A DNA stretch of 48,680 bases, from the NCBI GenBank assembly GCA_900299215.1, contig OMIY01000368.1, positions 1-48,680 of the forward strand, read 5' to 3'. The stretch's first letter is position 1. Each line of letters starts with the position of its first letter. Source of the DNA: a bacterium (lineage in GTDB: Bacteria; Bdellovibrionota_B; Oligoflexia; Oligoflexales; CAIYRB01). Position numbers and translations under genes: made by a program. A model generated the notes under the pieces. It saw nothing but the letters and a program-made list of their open reading frames with translations, did no database searches and was not told the DNA's origin. Positions 6,921 to 17,174 of this stretch are shown here, in pieces.

Positions 6921-8596
6921 ACCAATCAAAAAAGAGAACGATTAGTACAAAGTCGAAGCTTTCCAATATTCTCCACGTCGAAATTCTTCAGAATGGTTCA
7001 AAAATCGCTTCGGCAGAGCTTCCGCTGAAGCGGAGCGGGAAGATTCAAATAAGTTCCGACTCACACGGTGAACTTTCGATACCGTATTACCCTCTACCCG
7101 AAGGGAAGCTCGATATCGCTTATTTCCGGCGACGCGAAGTAATTTTGGACCTAAATCCAGAATGGCAAGGCTTCTGCACAACTAAGGGAACTGGTGTAAT
7201 TATCGAGAAGGGCAAGGCCTCGAAGAATCCACTTGTGCTTAATCGTGGCGATATTGCGAGCATAAATTACGGCGACCTTCGAGTCATGCTTCGGATTGGA
7301 GGAGCCAATAAGCCGATTAAACCTTCACCCTATAGGGTTGCTCCATCCTACCGAGGTTCGATTTTCGCATTGCTCATTCCGACAAAGCTCGAGTGGCAAA
7401 TCTCTTTAATCGCAACATTTATGTCTTTAGTGGTCATTGGTAGTGCAACCATTGGCTTACTTAACCGGCCTGTAAAAAGACCGACTAAACTCACAGAAAT
7501 CGATGATGATTATGTCTTGCACTTTATTTCCCCGAACAACCTAATCCACGCTCCAGAAGCTTTGCAGAAAAACCTACGCCGTAGTTCCATGCTTCGTCAG
7601 GTCATTGAATACTATACAAGTATGACCTCAAGCATGATGGGTTGGCCGATTGAGAATGAAAAGCTGTTGCTGCCAAGTACTCTTGCGACAGACAAATCTT
7701 TGCATGAAAGCATGCAGGCTATCACGGCTGGAAAAAGACGCCGCCAAATCGAGATCGATAAGCTCCAACTAATGAAAAACGATGTTGGAGTTATCAGTGT
7801 TCCTTCAGTAATTGGCGAGTCAGTAACCACCAGCATGCTAAGAATTCAAGACAAGATCGCGATAGGTCATCAATCTTTTGACGCCAATCTGGCCGCGAAA
7901 AGGAAGATTCAGCAAATATTTCCGCATGATCCGGATTATGCCTGGGAAGAATATCGAAACGTGACACCAGTCGACTCTCTTTCGGACGCGACGGGAAAGA
8001 TCAAACCTTTCGAGTTACTTAGTGAGGAAGAGTTGGTTTATCGGGATTCAAAGTTGTTTGCCGCAAAAGCCAGGGTAAAACAGCAGCCCCTCGCTCGCTC
8101 AATGCAATCAATTGACTATGTAAATCCCGAGACTGATCAGCCAGTGGGTATGCCCGATGGCGTAAGATTTGTGTCATTTGCAACCATCACAGATCCGTAC
8201 ATTGCCGATGAAAAGCTATATCACCTGCACGCTCCAGAATTTGGCCAACAAGAACAGCCGGTTAAACCAAAGCCGGTTATCGTGAAGGAGCCCCTGGTCG
8301 GTGAAATTGAGCCAAGCCTCATCGTCGGCTATATCCAAAAGAATCGTTTTGAACTTCAATTATGTTACGAGCTTGCGTTACGTCGAAACGAACAGGCCGC
8401 AGGTACGATGGAGTGGCGCTGGCGAATCGATTCAAGGGGCGTTACTTCCGATCTGGCTTTGATCAGCACTAGTATCAAAGATCCACGTATGACAGATTGC
8501 ATCCGTAAAAAGATTGGTGCCTGGCGCTTCCCGCGACCGAAAAACGGCAGTGTCGAGGTAAGTTATCCATTTGAATTTGCACCTACTAAGGGATAG
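6917..8596 (+). CDS. AgmX/PglI (GltG/GltJ-like) TonB-C domain inner-membrane protein
   Basis: Cytoplasmic beta-rich N-terminus and one TM (WQISLIATFMSLVVIGSATIGLL). C-terminal LQLCYELALRRN...WRIDSRG...DCIRKKIGAWRFPRPKNGSVEVSYPFEF is typical of AgmX/PglI C-terminal domains. Confidence 0.8.
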   Translation: MNQSKKRTISTKSKLSNILHVEILQNGSKIASAELPLKRSGKIQISSDSHGELSIPYYPLPEGKLDIAYFRRREVILDLNPEWQGFCTTKGTGVIIEKGKASKNPLVLNRGDIASINYGDLRVMLRIGGANKPIKPSPYRVAPSYRGSIFALLIPTKLEWQISLIATFMSLVVIGSATIGLLNRPVKRPTKLTEIDDDYVLHFISPNNLIHAPEALQKNLRRSSMLRQVIEYYTSMTSSMMGWPIENEKLLLPSTLATDKSLHESMQAITAGKRRRQIEIDKLQLMKNDVGVISVPSVIGESVTTSMLRIQDKIAIGHQSFDANLAAKRKIQQIFPHDPDYAWEEYRNVTPVDSLSDATGKIKPFELLSEEELVYRDSKLFAAKARVKQQPLARSMQSIDYVNPETDQPVGMPDGVRFVSFATITDPYIADEKLYHLHAPEFGQQEQPVKPKPVIVKEPLVGEIEPSLIVGYIQKNRFELQLCYELALRRNEQAAGTMEWRWRIDSRGVTSDLALISTSIKDPRMTDCIRKKIGAWRFPRPKNGSVEVSYPFEFAPTKG

Positions 8597-8601
8597 CAAT
8601 T

Positions 8602-10308
8602 TTGGACTCTTCGGAAACGATTTTCTCACCAAATGGCCTGCCTGGCACGGTTCGCATTATTCCACTGGGTGGTTGTGGCGAATTTGGTATGAACCTCACA
8701 TGCTTCCTATCTGCTGGAAAGCTTTTTGTTGTAGACGCCGGAGTGCGTTTCCCTGAGGCATTTCGATTAGGCGTTGATGCGGTGCTGCCCGATGTAGAAA
8801 AATGGTTCACAGAGGCAGGTGGTGTCTATGCTTACATTTTGACCCACGGTCATGAAGATCATTTGGGAGCAATGCCTCATCTCCTACCACGTTGGCCAGC
8901 GCCCGTATATGGCACAGCCTGGACGATCTCACTTCTGCGAAACAAACTAATGAGACTCGGACGGGATCCAGACGCCTTTAAGCTCAACATTGTTGCTCCC
9001 GGAGACCACGTTGTCACCGAGGGTTTTGATGCAGAGTACGTACACATTAACCACTCAATTCCGATGGCGTGCTCCCTATACTTGCGTTTTCCTGAGCTTT
9101 CCATTTTTCATACTGGCGATTTTAAGTTTGAATCAGACCCCATAATCGAAAATCCCGCAGACCTCGACCGCATAAAGCGGATTGGCCAAGAGGGTGTCGA
9201 TTTGCTTTTGGCGGATAGCACTAACGCCGAGAAATCTGGGAACTGTCCGTCTGAAAAATCCGTTTACGAACCCCTACTAAGAGTCGTGAATCAGTGTAAG
9301 CAGACCGCAGTAATCACTACTTTTTCAAGCAATTTATGGCGAATAAAAACTATCGCGGATGTTTGTCGAGCATCGGGTCGCCGACTTTATGTGACTGGGG
9401 GCGGTCTCGAAAACACACTCAACGTAGCCCAATCAGTCGGGATTTACGAGCTGCCTACTGAGCTCAGAATCAGTGATGACCTGCTAACCAGTGTACCGCG
9501 TGAGAGGTTGCTTGTTCTGGCAACTGGTTGCCAAGGTGAAAGGCGATCCAGTTTAGCAAGAATCGCAAATGGCGAGCATAGATACTTTCGTTTAGATGCT
9601 GGCGACACGGTAATATGGTCATCAAGACTAATACCCGGCAATGAGAAAGCCGTTATAAATTTGTCAAACAATCTTCAGAGATTAGGCGCTCAGATTGTGA
9701 CCGCCCGCGACGAACCTGGCATACATGTTAGCGGTCATGCGTATGGTGGCGATGTTGAACATCTGATCGATTTAGTGAATCCTCGACATTTCCTTCCCGT
9801 GCACGGTGCCTTCAGTCAGCTTAATGCAAATCATCAGCGCCCAACAACTTCGGGACGATCCGACACCCAAGCACAAATCATAGAATCTGGCGACATCATC
9901 GATGCTACCCGTGATGAAATTAGGATCCTAGGACGTATTGATGTGGAACTTAAGTTCTTAGAGAGTGATGGGAGCGGTTTGCTTACTTACGGTGAACTAA
10001 GAGACCGTCTGCGGATAGGAGAGCTAGGCCTAGCTCGAATTGATGGCGTTTACAGCCTACAAACTGAAACTTGGCTTGTTGAACCCACTGTAGAGCTTGC
10101 AGGCATTGGATTTCCCGATTCCGTGAAAAAAAATGATTGGATTCAATCGAAAGCTAAGCAACTTAGGCAACTCGTGCCACAGTTCCTGCTGCAAAAAAAA
10201 CTATCTGCTGAGCAAATATCGGAAGAGGTAAGGCAGCTAATTCGTAGGGATTTGCAGCGTTTTTTACGAAAAAAACCCGTAGTTTCGGTCAAAATTCACT
10301 GCGTCTGA
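8602..10308 (+). CDS. rnj: Ribonuclease J
   Basis: PLGGCGEFGMN, THGHEDH, HSIP, HTGDFK, DSTNA, HVSGHA and PVHG motifs. Confidence 0.92.
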   Translation: MDSSETIFSPNGLPGTVRIIPLGGCGEFGMNLTCFLSAGKLFVVDAGVRFPEAFRLGVDAVLPDVEKWFTEAGGVYAYILTHGHEDHLGAMPHLLPRWPAPVYGTAWTISLLRNKLMRLGRDPDAFKLNIVAPGDHVVTEGFDAEYVHINHSIPMACSLYLRFPELSIFHTGDFKFESDPIIENPADLDRIKRIGQEGVDLLLADSTNAEKSGNCPSEKSVYEPLLRVVNQCKQTAVITTFSSNLWRIKTIADVCRASGRRLYVTGGGLENTLNVAQSVGIYELPTELRISDDLLTSVPRERLLVLATGCQGERRSSLARIANGEHRYFRLDAGDTVIWSSRLIPGNEKAVINLSNNLQRLGAQIVTARDEPGIHVSGHAYGGDVEHLIDLVNPRHFLPVHGAFSQLNANHQRPTTSGRSDTQAQIIESGDIIDATRDEIRILGRIDVELKFLESDGSGLLTYGELRDRLRIGELGLARIDGVYSLQTETWLVEPTVELAGIGFPDSVKKNDWIQSKAKQLRQLVPQFLLQKKLSAEQISEEVRQLIRRDLQRFLRKKPVVSVKIHCV

Positions 10309-10385
10309 TTTGCATATTTATTCCTTAGACTACCTTTAGCCTCAATGCTAGATAGTCGGCACAGTGAAGCTTCATCTTCAGTAAC

Positions 10386-11006
10386 TTGATTGGAAGATCG
10401 CCGGTGGACATTGTCGTTATAGCAGCAGCTAAATTTGAACTTGATCCTCTGGTGAGCGCCTTGCAGGAGAAGGGAATCAATCCGACTACGAAACTAGTTG
10501 GAATCGGAGCCTTAAATGCAGCGAAAAGGGCTAAACTGGTAGCAGAGGCATGTAGAGGCCGCCATGTTGTTTTTGTCGGAACCTGCGGTACTTTTGGTAA
10601 TTTCTCTAAAATGCATCTTGTTCGGGCAAGTGAAGTAATCTGGTTACCTACATGTGAGAGAATGCAACTTTCTTATACGGTTAAGGACACAGCTCCACCC
10701 ATTTCCTTACCGCCCCCACCAGCATATTGCAGCACGCTTCCAGAACGGCGAGTCATCTGTTCGCCAGGAATCAGCCTAGTGAGTAAGCTGCCGGATAGTT
10801 TTTCGCCAGAGCTTTGTGTCGAAAATCTGGAGCTTTACTCGTGCGTGAGTGAGATCATCAGTCAGGCTTCAAGCCTAGCCGTAATTCTTGCAGTGACGAA
10901 TGCAGTCGGACCAGATTCTCACTCACAGTGGCGTCAGCATTTTGCGGGAGCAGCTGGAGCTACTGCCGAGTACCTTTGCGGCCGATTGGCCCGTTCACAA
11001 ATATAA
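10386..11006 (+). CDS. Nucleoside phosphorylase / MTA-SAH nucleosidase superfamily protein (futalosine hydrolase MqnB-like); start may be GTG 10404
   Basis: VGIGALNAA, VFVGTCG, VENLE and LAVTNAVG match the PNP_UDP_1 fold pattern. Confidence 0.65.
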   Translation: MIGRSPVDIVVIAAAKFELDPLVSALQEKGINPTTKLVGIGALNAAKRAKLVAEACRGRHVVFVGTCGTFGNFSKMHLVRASEVIWLPTCERMQLSYTVKDTAPPISLPPPPAYCSTLPERRVICSPGISLVSKLPDSFSPELCVENLELYSCVSEIISQASSLAVILAVTNAVGPDSHSQWRQHFAGAAGATAEYLCGRLARSQI

Positions 11007-11138
11007 TTAGATTCACACCTAATTTTAATTAGTTTCCTCAAGACCTGGCCTCCTACCCTTTACACATGCTAAAATTATCATACAGCTTCATAAACTTATT
11101 TTTATTTCCGTGACCAGGCTCCAGTAAGCCAACGAAAG

Positions 11139-11939
11139 GTGCGTTTGGCCACCGACCCCCAAATTAGCATAAATGCGTCCGGCGCTACCCACATTGGGCT
11201 TGTCCGCTCGACGAATCAGGATTCTTACCTGATCGATGAGGAAATGCGCCTATTCATTGTAGCCGACGGCATGGGCGGGCATGCTGGTGGCGAAATTGCC
11301 AGTAATTTATGCGTAAATTCGATATCTCAATATCTTCGTCAGCAAAGCAATTTATTTAGTAGTACTAACGAACGTCAGCATCCCGATGCACGCATTAGCA
11401 ATGCAATGGCAAATGCAATAAATCACGCATCGACTAAAATTTACGAACGCGCTCTTGAAGAGCCATCACTGCGCGGCATGGGTACTACAGCGACAGCAGT
11501 TGTGGTTGTCGACAAATTCGCTTATGTCGCCCACGTTGGAGATAGTCGATGTTATCTCTTGCGTCGTGGATTTATTTACCAGGTAACGAACGATCACTCT
11601 CTTGTTAGCGAACAAGTGAGGGCTGGAATCCTCACAAAAGAGGAGGCTGATCTTCACCATTTACGTAACGTCATCACCCGAAGTGTTGGATACCAGGAAG
11701 AAGAGGATGCCGATACGACAAGTCTCGCTTTGGAAGACGGCGATATCTTACTCCTTTGCAGTGATGGTCTTCACGGCAAAGTGAACGATAAAGAGCTTTC
11801 GGGAATTCTCACTAATCATCAAACCGCCGCTCCTCCAGTTCTAATTGAACGTGCCAATGAACGTGGCGGCGAAGACAACATAACTGCAGTCACGTTGCAG
11901 ATATCGTTTAAACCTACAAGTTCGTCTCCCTCCACTTAA
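11139..11939 (+). CDS. PP2C-type Ser/Thr protein phosphatase (Stp1/PrpC family)
   Basis: GLVRSTNQD, VADGMGGHAGGEIAS, GMGTT, HVGDSR, LLCSDGL, GGEDN. Confidence 0.95.
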   Translation: MRLATDPQISINASGATHIGLVRSTNQDSYLIDEEMRLFIVADGMGGHAGGEIASNLCVNSISQYLRQQSNLFSSTNERQHPDARISNAMANAINHASTKIYERALEEPSLRGMGTTATAVVVVDKFAYVAHVGDSRCYLLRRGFIYQVTNDHSLVSEQVRAGILTKEEADLHHLRNVITRSVGYQEEEDADTTSLALEDGDILLLCSDGLHGKVNDKELSGILTNHQTAAPPVLIERANERGGEDNITAVTLQISFKPTSSSPST

Positions 11940-12004
11940 AGCCCATTTTAAACAGCCCCCCACCGACCAACGCCCTCGCCTTTTTGCTGAGGTCCCAACC
12001 AGCC

Positions 12005-12976
12005 ATGAAACGAATCACAATCATGATTATCCCCGACGGGTGCCGCGCCACTAGGCAGGTGCGTGTCCCGGAGTCAATTATCAAGTTCGGTGTAGCCCTG
12101 AGCTTTCTCGCCTTGGCAGGTGCTGGTTTCATTTTTTTCGACTACTTAGAGCTTCGTTATTTTCGCAGCAACTTCAGAACACTGGCCGCAGAAAACGAAG
12201 ATCTTAAAGGCGAAGCCAAACTGCTGATGCAAAATCTAGAAGAGGTCAAGGGTGCTCTAAGACGCGTTCAGGACTATACCGGCAAACTTGGAGAGCTAAC
12301 TGCACTAAAAGTTCAGAAGTTTGCGAAAAAAACTGGTATCGGCCCCCTCACCGTCGAAGAGTTTAATGTGGCTCAACAAGCTGGAGCGGTAGAGGTTAAA
12401 AAAGACACAAACGCTTATGTGCCCGTGGGCCTGAATATCGACAAGTTAGTATTCCGGCCGATTTTTGATCGCCTAGCCTCAATTGGCCATGCGGCGAACA
12501 GTCACGCCCTTGAGCTCCAACATTTACTTTCTACTTTGAGTCAGCAGAAAAATTTGCTGTCTTCGATACCTTCGGTTGCACCAGTTGACGGCTGGGTGAC
12601 AAGTGGGTTTGGAACTCGAGTATCGCCGTTTACGGGAGAACGAACGGCCCATGCTGGCGTCGATATTGCTGCTCCGGTTGGAACGCCAATTCTAGCTCCT
12701 GCGGACGGCGTCGTAATCTTCACTGGAGCCAAGGCCGGATTCGGTAACTTCGTAATGATTGCACATGGTTATGGCGTTGTCACCCGGTACGGGCACAACC
12801 ATCAGAATCTCGTGCAACCGGGGCAAAAAGTCAGCAGAGGGGAGCAAATTGCTACAGTCGGTGAAACCGGTCGAGCCACCGGACCCCATCTTCATTACGA
12901 GGTTGTGATAAACGGCCGGCTTGAAAATCCGCAGAAGTTCATCCTAGACATGGCTGACGTCTATCGGATCTATTGA
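12005..12976 (+). CDS. M23 family peptidoglycan metallo-endopeptidase with N-terminal TM and coiled coil
   Basis: HAGVD (HxxxD), YGH, ATGPHLHYEV (HxH); start placed at ATG 12005. Confidence 0.93.
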   Translation: MKRITIMIIPDGCRATRQVRVPESIIKFGVALSFLALAGAGFIFFDYLELRYFRSNFRTLAAENEDLKGEAKLLMQNLEEVKGALRRVQDYTGKLGELTALKVQKFAKKTGIGPLTVEEFNVAQQAGAVEVKKDTNAYVPVGLNIDKLVFRPIFDRLASIGHAANSHALELQHLLSTLSQQKNLLSSIPSVAPVDGWVTSGFGTRVSPFTGERTAHAGVDIAAPVGTPILAPADGVVIFTGAKAGFGNFVMIAHGYGVVTRYGHNHQNLVQPGQKVSRGEQIATVGETGRATGPHLHYEVVINGRLENPQKFILDMADVYRIY

Positions 12977-12996
12977 GGCGAACCCTCAGTTGTTAT

Positions 12997-13025
12997 TTCC
13001 CAAGCTCTTAGCCAGAGGGTATATT
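12997..13025 (+). promoter_or_regulatory. Possible sigma70 promoter for secA
   Basis: TTCCCA-17 nt-TATATT in the short intergenic region. Confidence 0.25.
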
Positions 13026-13069
13026 GCACCAGATGCAACAACCCGACTGATTAAGAATTGGGCAGCCTG

Positions 13070-15763
13070 ATGCAGATCCTCAAAAAGATTTTTGGTAGCA
13101 AGAATGACCGTGAGCTTAAGCGTTTAGTGGCAAAAGTTGCCCACATAAACAGTCTTGAGCCTTCCATGAAGAGCCTCACGGACGCACAATTACAAGGCAA
13201 GACCGCTGAGTTTAAGCAGCGCCTAGCCAATGGTGAGACGCTTGACTCACTGTTACCAGAGGCCTTTGCCACGGTGAGAGAGGCGGGCTGGCGCGTTGAT
13301 CGCAAGCGGCATTTTGACGTGCAACTCATTGGCGGCATGGTTTTGCATGAGGGCAAGATTGCCGAAATGCGCACGGGAGAGGGCAAAACTCTCACGGCAA
13401 CCGCTCCTGTATACCTGAATGCTTTGGCGGGTAAGGGTGTCCATGTAATTACGGTCAATGACTATCTCGCCCGACGTGACGCGGAATGGATGGGACGCAT
13501 TTATGGGTTTCTTGGGCTTTCGACAGGCATCATCGTACACGGACTAAGTGACTCCCAGCGTCGGGACTCCTACAAATGCGACATCACTTACGGTACCAAT
13601 AATGAGTTCGGATTTGACTACCTACGCGACAACATGAAGACCGAGCCATCAAGGCTTGTGCAGCGTGATCATTTCTTTGCAATAGTCGACGAAGTGGACT
13701 CTATTCTGATCGACGAGGCTAGAACACCGCTAATCATCTCCGGTCCTTCGGAAACGAACCTTGGCCTCTATCAAACAGTTAACACCTCAATCCCTGGATT
13801 GCAGAAGGACAGCGACTACATTTTTGATGAGAAGTCGCGGACAGTCGCTTTGACTGAAGATGGAATCAGTAAGCTCGAGAAGCGACTTCGCTTAGAAAAC
13901 CTCTACGACCCAAGCAATATCGAGTATTTACACCACGTTCAACAGGCGTTGAAGGCACATGTCGTATTTAAAAAGGATGTAGACTACGTAGTTCGCGATG
14001 GAAAAGTGGTCATCGTGGATGAACATACCGGCCGACTGATGCCAGGAAGACGCTACAGCGATGGCCTGCACGGTGCTTTGGAAGCAAAAGAGCATGTTGA
14101 GGTTCAGAACGAAACGCAAACTCTCGCAACAATCACTTTCCAGAACTTCTTCCGTCTTTATGGAAAATTAGGCGGCATGACAGGTACTGCCGACACGGAG
14201 TCGGTAGAGTTTAAAAAGATCTACAACCTTGACGTAGTAGTGATTCCGACGAACCGTGATATGGTCCGCAAAGATCATGAAGATGTAGTCTTCAGAACGG
14301 CTCGTGAAAAATTCAATGTTATTGCTGATGAGATTGCGGAAGCTCAAAAAAAGGGCCAACCAGTACTCGTTGGTACAGTATCGGTTGAAAAATCCGAGCT
14401 TTTGTCGAGCTTACTTCGGAAGCGCAACATCCCACACGAAATCTTGAATGCGAAAAACCACGCTCGCGAGGCTGAAATTATCGCGGCCGCTGGGCAGAAG
14501 GGTCAGGTTACCATCTCCACCAACATGGCTGGTCGGGGAACTGACATTATGCTCGGCGAGGGAGTCAAAGACCTCGGTGGTTTGTACGTTATCGGTACCG
14601 AAAGGCACGAGTCTCGTAGGATTGATAACCAATTAAGAGGTCGTTCTGGACGACAAGGAGACCCAGGACAGTCCAAATTTTTCTTGTCGTTAGAAGACGA
14701 CCTCATGCGGATTTTTGCCTCTGATAAACTTTCGGCTTTGATGGGACGCCTTGGAATGCAAGAGGGTGAGGCGATTATTTCGCCTATGGTTACTCGCGCG
14801 ATTGCTCGAGCGCAAAAACGCGTCGAAGAGCAAAACTTCTCAAGCCGCAAGCATCTCCTTGAGTACGATGACGTAATGAACCAGCAAAGGCAGGTGATTT
14901 ACAGTCTGCGACGCCAGGCTTTACACGCAGAGAAGCGCTTGGAGTTCGTAGACCATGCCTTAGCTGCAATCGCAACAGGGGCATTAAGCGAGGTAACTCC
15001 AGAGCGCACAGGCACAGGTCAATGGGACTGGCAGCAGGTACAAAAACTAATACAGTCTTTGCTTCATACTCATATTGTCCTCGAAAAACTGTCGCCCTCA
15101 GATTCACAGCTAGACACCGTCGTTGACGAAGTCACCAGACAGGTTATGGCGGCATATAAAGCTAAGACTGACAAAATTGGGCCTGAGAATACCCAGAGAC
15201 TTGAAAGTTGGGTTTATCTCCAAGTTATCGACAAAGCCTGGAAAAACCACTTGCTTGGAATGGACTCCCTGAAAGACAGCGTCAGTCTTCGTGGGTACGG
15301 ACAACGAGACCCGTTGCAAGAATACAAGAAAGAAGGCTTCCGCCTCTTCTCAGAAATGATGGGCCGCATCGAGGAGGAGTCTGCTACCGCTCTAGTCTCC
15401 GTAGAGATTCCAGATCAATCTCCGGAAGAGCTGGCAAAGGAACTTGAGCCTGAACCAGAGATAGATGACTCTTTAATTGAAATGCAGCACCCAGATCCTC
15501 AAGATGCAAATCCTCATGTCAGTAACGGGGCTAATTCGGAGGGTGGTTATTCATCAACCAAATCCAATGGTGAACTGATCTACCATGGTTCGCGGTCAAC
15601 TACTGCTCAAGGCGGGGGATCTGCGAGTCGCCAACAGCCCACACCTCAAACATTCAAACGCGATGTTGAGAAAGTGGGCAGAAACGATCCATGTCCGTGT
15701 GGTTCTGGCAAGAAATTCAAAAAGTGTCATGGGTCCGTGCCGGGGGATGATGCGCACGCATAG
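13070..15763 (+). CDS. secA: Preprotein translocase ATPase SecA
   Basis: [51 protein letters not shown]; C-terminal [23 protein letters not shown]. Confidence 0.98.
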   Translation: MQILKKIFGSKNDRELKRLVAKVAHINSLEPSMKSLTDAQLQGKTAEFKQRLANGETLDSLLPEAFATVREAGWRVDRKRHFDVQLIGGMVLHEGKIAEMRTGEGKTLTATAPVYLNALAGKGVHVITVNDYLARRDAEWMGRIYGFLGLSTGIIVHGLSDSQRRDSYKCDITYGTNNEFGFDYLRDNMKTEPSRLVQRDHFFAIVDEVDSILIDEARTPLIISGPSETNLGLYQTVNTSIPGLQKDSDYIFDEKSRTVALTEDGISKLEKRLRLENLYDPSNIEYLHHVQQALKAHVVFKKDVDYVVRDGKVVIVDEHTGRLMPGRRYSDGLHGALEAKEHVEVQNETQTLATITFQNFFRLYGKLGGMTGTADTESVEFKKIYNLDVVVIPTNRDMVRKDHEDVVFRTAREKFNVIADEIAEAQKKGQPVLVGTVSVEKSELLSSLLRKRNIPHEILNAKNHAREAEIIAAAGQKGQVTISTNMAGRGTDIMLGEGVKDLGGLYVIGTERHESRRIDNQLRGRSGRQGDPGQSKFFLSLEDDLMRIFASDKLSALMGRLGMQEGEAIISPMVTRAIARAQKRVEEQNFSSRKHLLEYDDVMNQQRQVIYSLRRQALHAEKRLEFVDHALAAIATGALSEVTPERTGTGQWDWQQVQKLIQSLLHTHIVLEKLSPSDSQLDTVVDEVTRQVMAAYKAKTDKIGPENTQRLESWVYLQVIDKAWKNHLLGMDSLKDSVSLRGYGQRDPLQEYKKEGFRLFSEMMGRIEEESATALVSVEIPDQSPEELAKELEPEPEIDDSLIEMQHPDPQDANPHVSNGANSEGGYSSTKSNGELIYHGSRSTTAQGGGSASRQQPTPQTFKRDVEKVGRNDPCPCGSGKKFKKCHGSVPGDDAHA

Positions 15764-15797
15764 ATGGCATGAAGAAGTTTCGTGTTAAACTGTAGGG

Positions 15798-16310
15798 ATG
15801 AGTCGAATACTTGATTTCACCTTTTCGCCGGAAGAGGCCGTGGTCTCTAGGGTTCTAATCCTAGTCCATCGTGCTGTAGACGACCATTTGCCCTATGCGC
15901 AAGAGGCTGGTCGCCAGTTCACGAAAACAGTGTTTTCCTCAGATGATGACCCAACGGGACTATACAAAGTGACGGTCAGCGATGAGGCACAGATCCCACC
16001 ACCGCCTCCGGCTACACCACCACCACCGCTTCCACGAATTTCGGTTGCGCAAAAAAGCGAAATAGACCCACCAACCAGCGCGCCCATTCCTCCACCGCCG
16101 CCGCCAAAAGCAAGGCCCAAAGCGAGTGGGGGACGCTCTAGCAGCAAGCCTCAGCCAATTTCTCGGACCAGACCAAAATCCACTAATTACGCGGCGAGCG
16201 AGGCGTATCCGGTCGATTCGATAATAAATCAACCGGATTGGATCTCTCGTGTCACAGCGTTCTTTCTGCTATTGGGAATCGCTGTACTTGTCTACGTGTT
16301 GATGGTTTGA
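15798..16310 (+). CDS. Hypothetical proline-rich protein with a single C-terminal TM helix
   Basis: 170-aa ORF filling the secA-rph gap; poly-Pro tracts; terminal hydrophobic VTAFFLLLGIAVLVYVLMV. Confidence 0.65.
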   Translation: MSRILDFTFSPEEAVVSRVLILVHRAVDDHLPYAQEAGRQFTKTVFSSDDDPTGLYKVTVSDEAQIPPPPPATPPPPLPRISVAQKSEIDPPTSAPIPPPPPPKARPKASGGRSSSKPQPISRTRPKSTNYAASEAYPVDSIINQPDWISRVTAFFLLLGIAVLVYVLMV

Positions 16311-16326
16311 CCTTGAAATCAAGTCA

Positions 16327-17064
16327 CTAGGACTCAACTGTTTGACCATCAGCAGCAGCATGCTGCAGATCAAACACAGACGGCAAGACTTCACTCGCTG
16401 CATCCATGATTTTCAATACATCATCTTTTGAGAAAGCAGCGCGTTCGGCGGTACCCTGAATTTCGAGAATCTTACCGCTCTGAGTCATTACTACGTTCAT
16501 ATCCAAATCTGCTGTACTATCCTCAGAGTAATCGAGGTCGACTAGAATCTCCCCTTCCTTTACTCCGACTGACACCGCTGCAACTGCATCGTTAAGAGGA
16601 TTGTGCTTAAGACGCCCACTGCGGAGTAACTTCGCAACAGCCATCTTCAGAGCGACGTAACCACCTGTGATAGCTGCAGTTCGTGTGCCTCCGTCAGCTT
16701 GAATAACGTCGCAATCGACTGTAAATGTGAGGTCAGGGCACCGGGTTAGATCTATGATGCCTCTCAACGATCTACCGATAAGTCGCTGAATTTCTTGTGT
16801 CCGCCCTGACAGGGAGGCTCCTCGCTCGCGGCGAATCCTCTGACCGGATGAGCCCGGAAGCATTGAATATTCGGCCGTCAACCAACCTTGCGCAGGTTGA
16901 GAATTACGGAGAAAAGATGGGATCCCATCTTCCGCAGACACCGTGCAGATGACCTTAGTCTCACCAAACTCAACCAAAACACTGCCTGTTGCATGCTTGG
17001 TAAAGTGGGGAACAAATCTCATTGGGCGCATCTGGCCGGACGCGCGACCATCCGATCGCAACAT
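16327..17064 (-). CDS. rph: Ribonuclease PH
   Basis: GWLTAEYSMLP, SGRTQEIQRLIGRSLR, DCDVIQADGGTRTAAITG, DLDYSEDS. Confidence 0.97.
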   Translation of the reverse strand: MLRSDGRASGQMRPMRFVPHFTKHATGSVLVEFGETKVICTVSAEDGIPSFLRNSQPAQGWLTAEYSMLPGSSGQRIRRERGASLSGRTQEIQRLIGRSLRGIIDLTRCPDLTFTVDCDVIQADGGTRTAAITGGYVALKMAVAKLLRSGRLKHNPLNDAVAAVSVGVKEGEILVDLDYSEDSTADLDMNVVMTQSGKILEIQGTAERAAFSKDDVLKIMDAASEVLPSVFDLQHAAADGQTVES

Positions 17065-17174
17065 AATCTAACTCCGAACTCTGCTTATAGCTTGATACCA
17101 AAGGGCAACTGATCGGGCGCCAAAGTACCGAATCTAGCCCTTGAGTGAAAGTCAAATTGCAACAACTAAGAAAG

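Noticed and set aside
13051-15447. Numerous 60-135 aa antisense or alternative-frame ORFs within secA (similarly within fadJ, sdhA, purL, M16 and murF)
   Set aside because: Shadow ORFs of conserved genes, with no motifs or RBS support.
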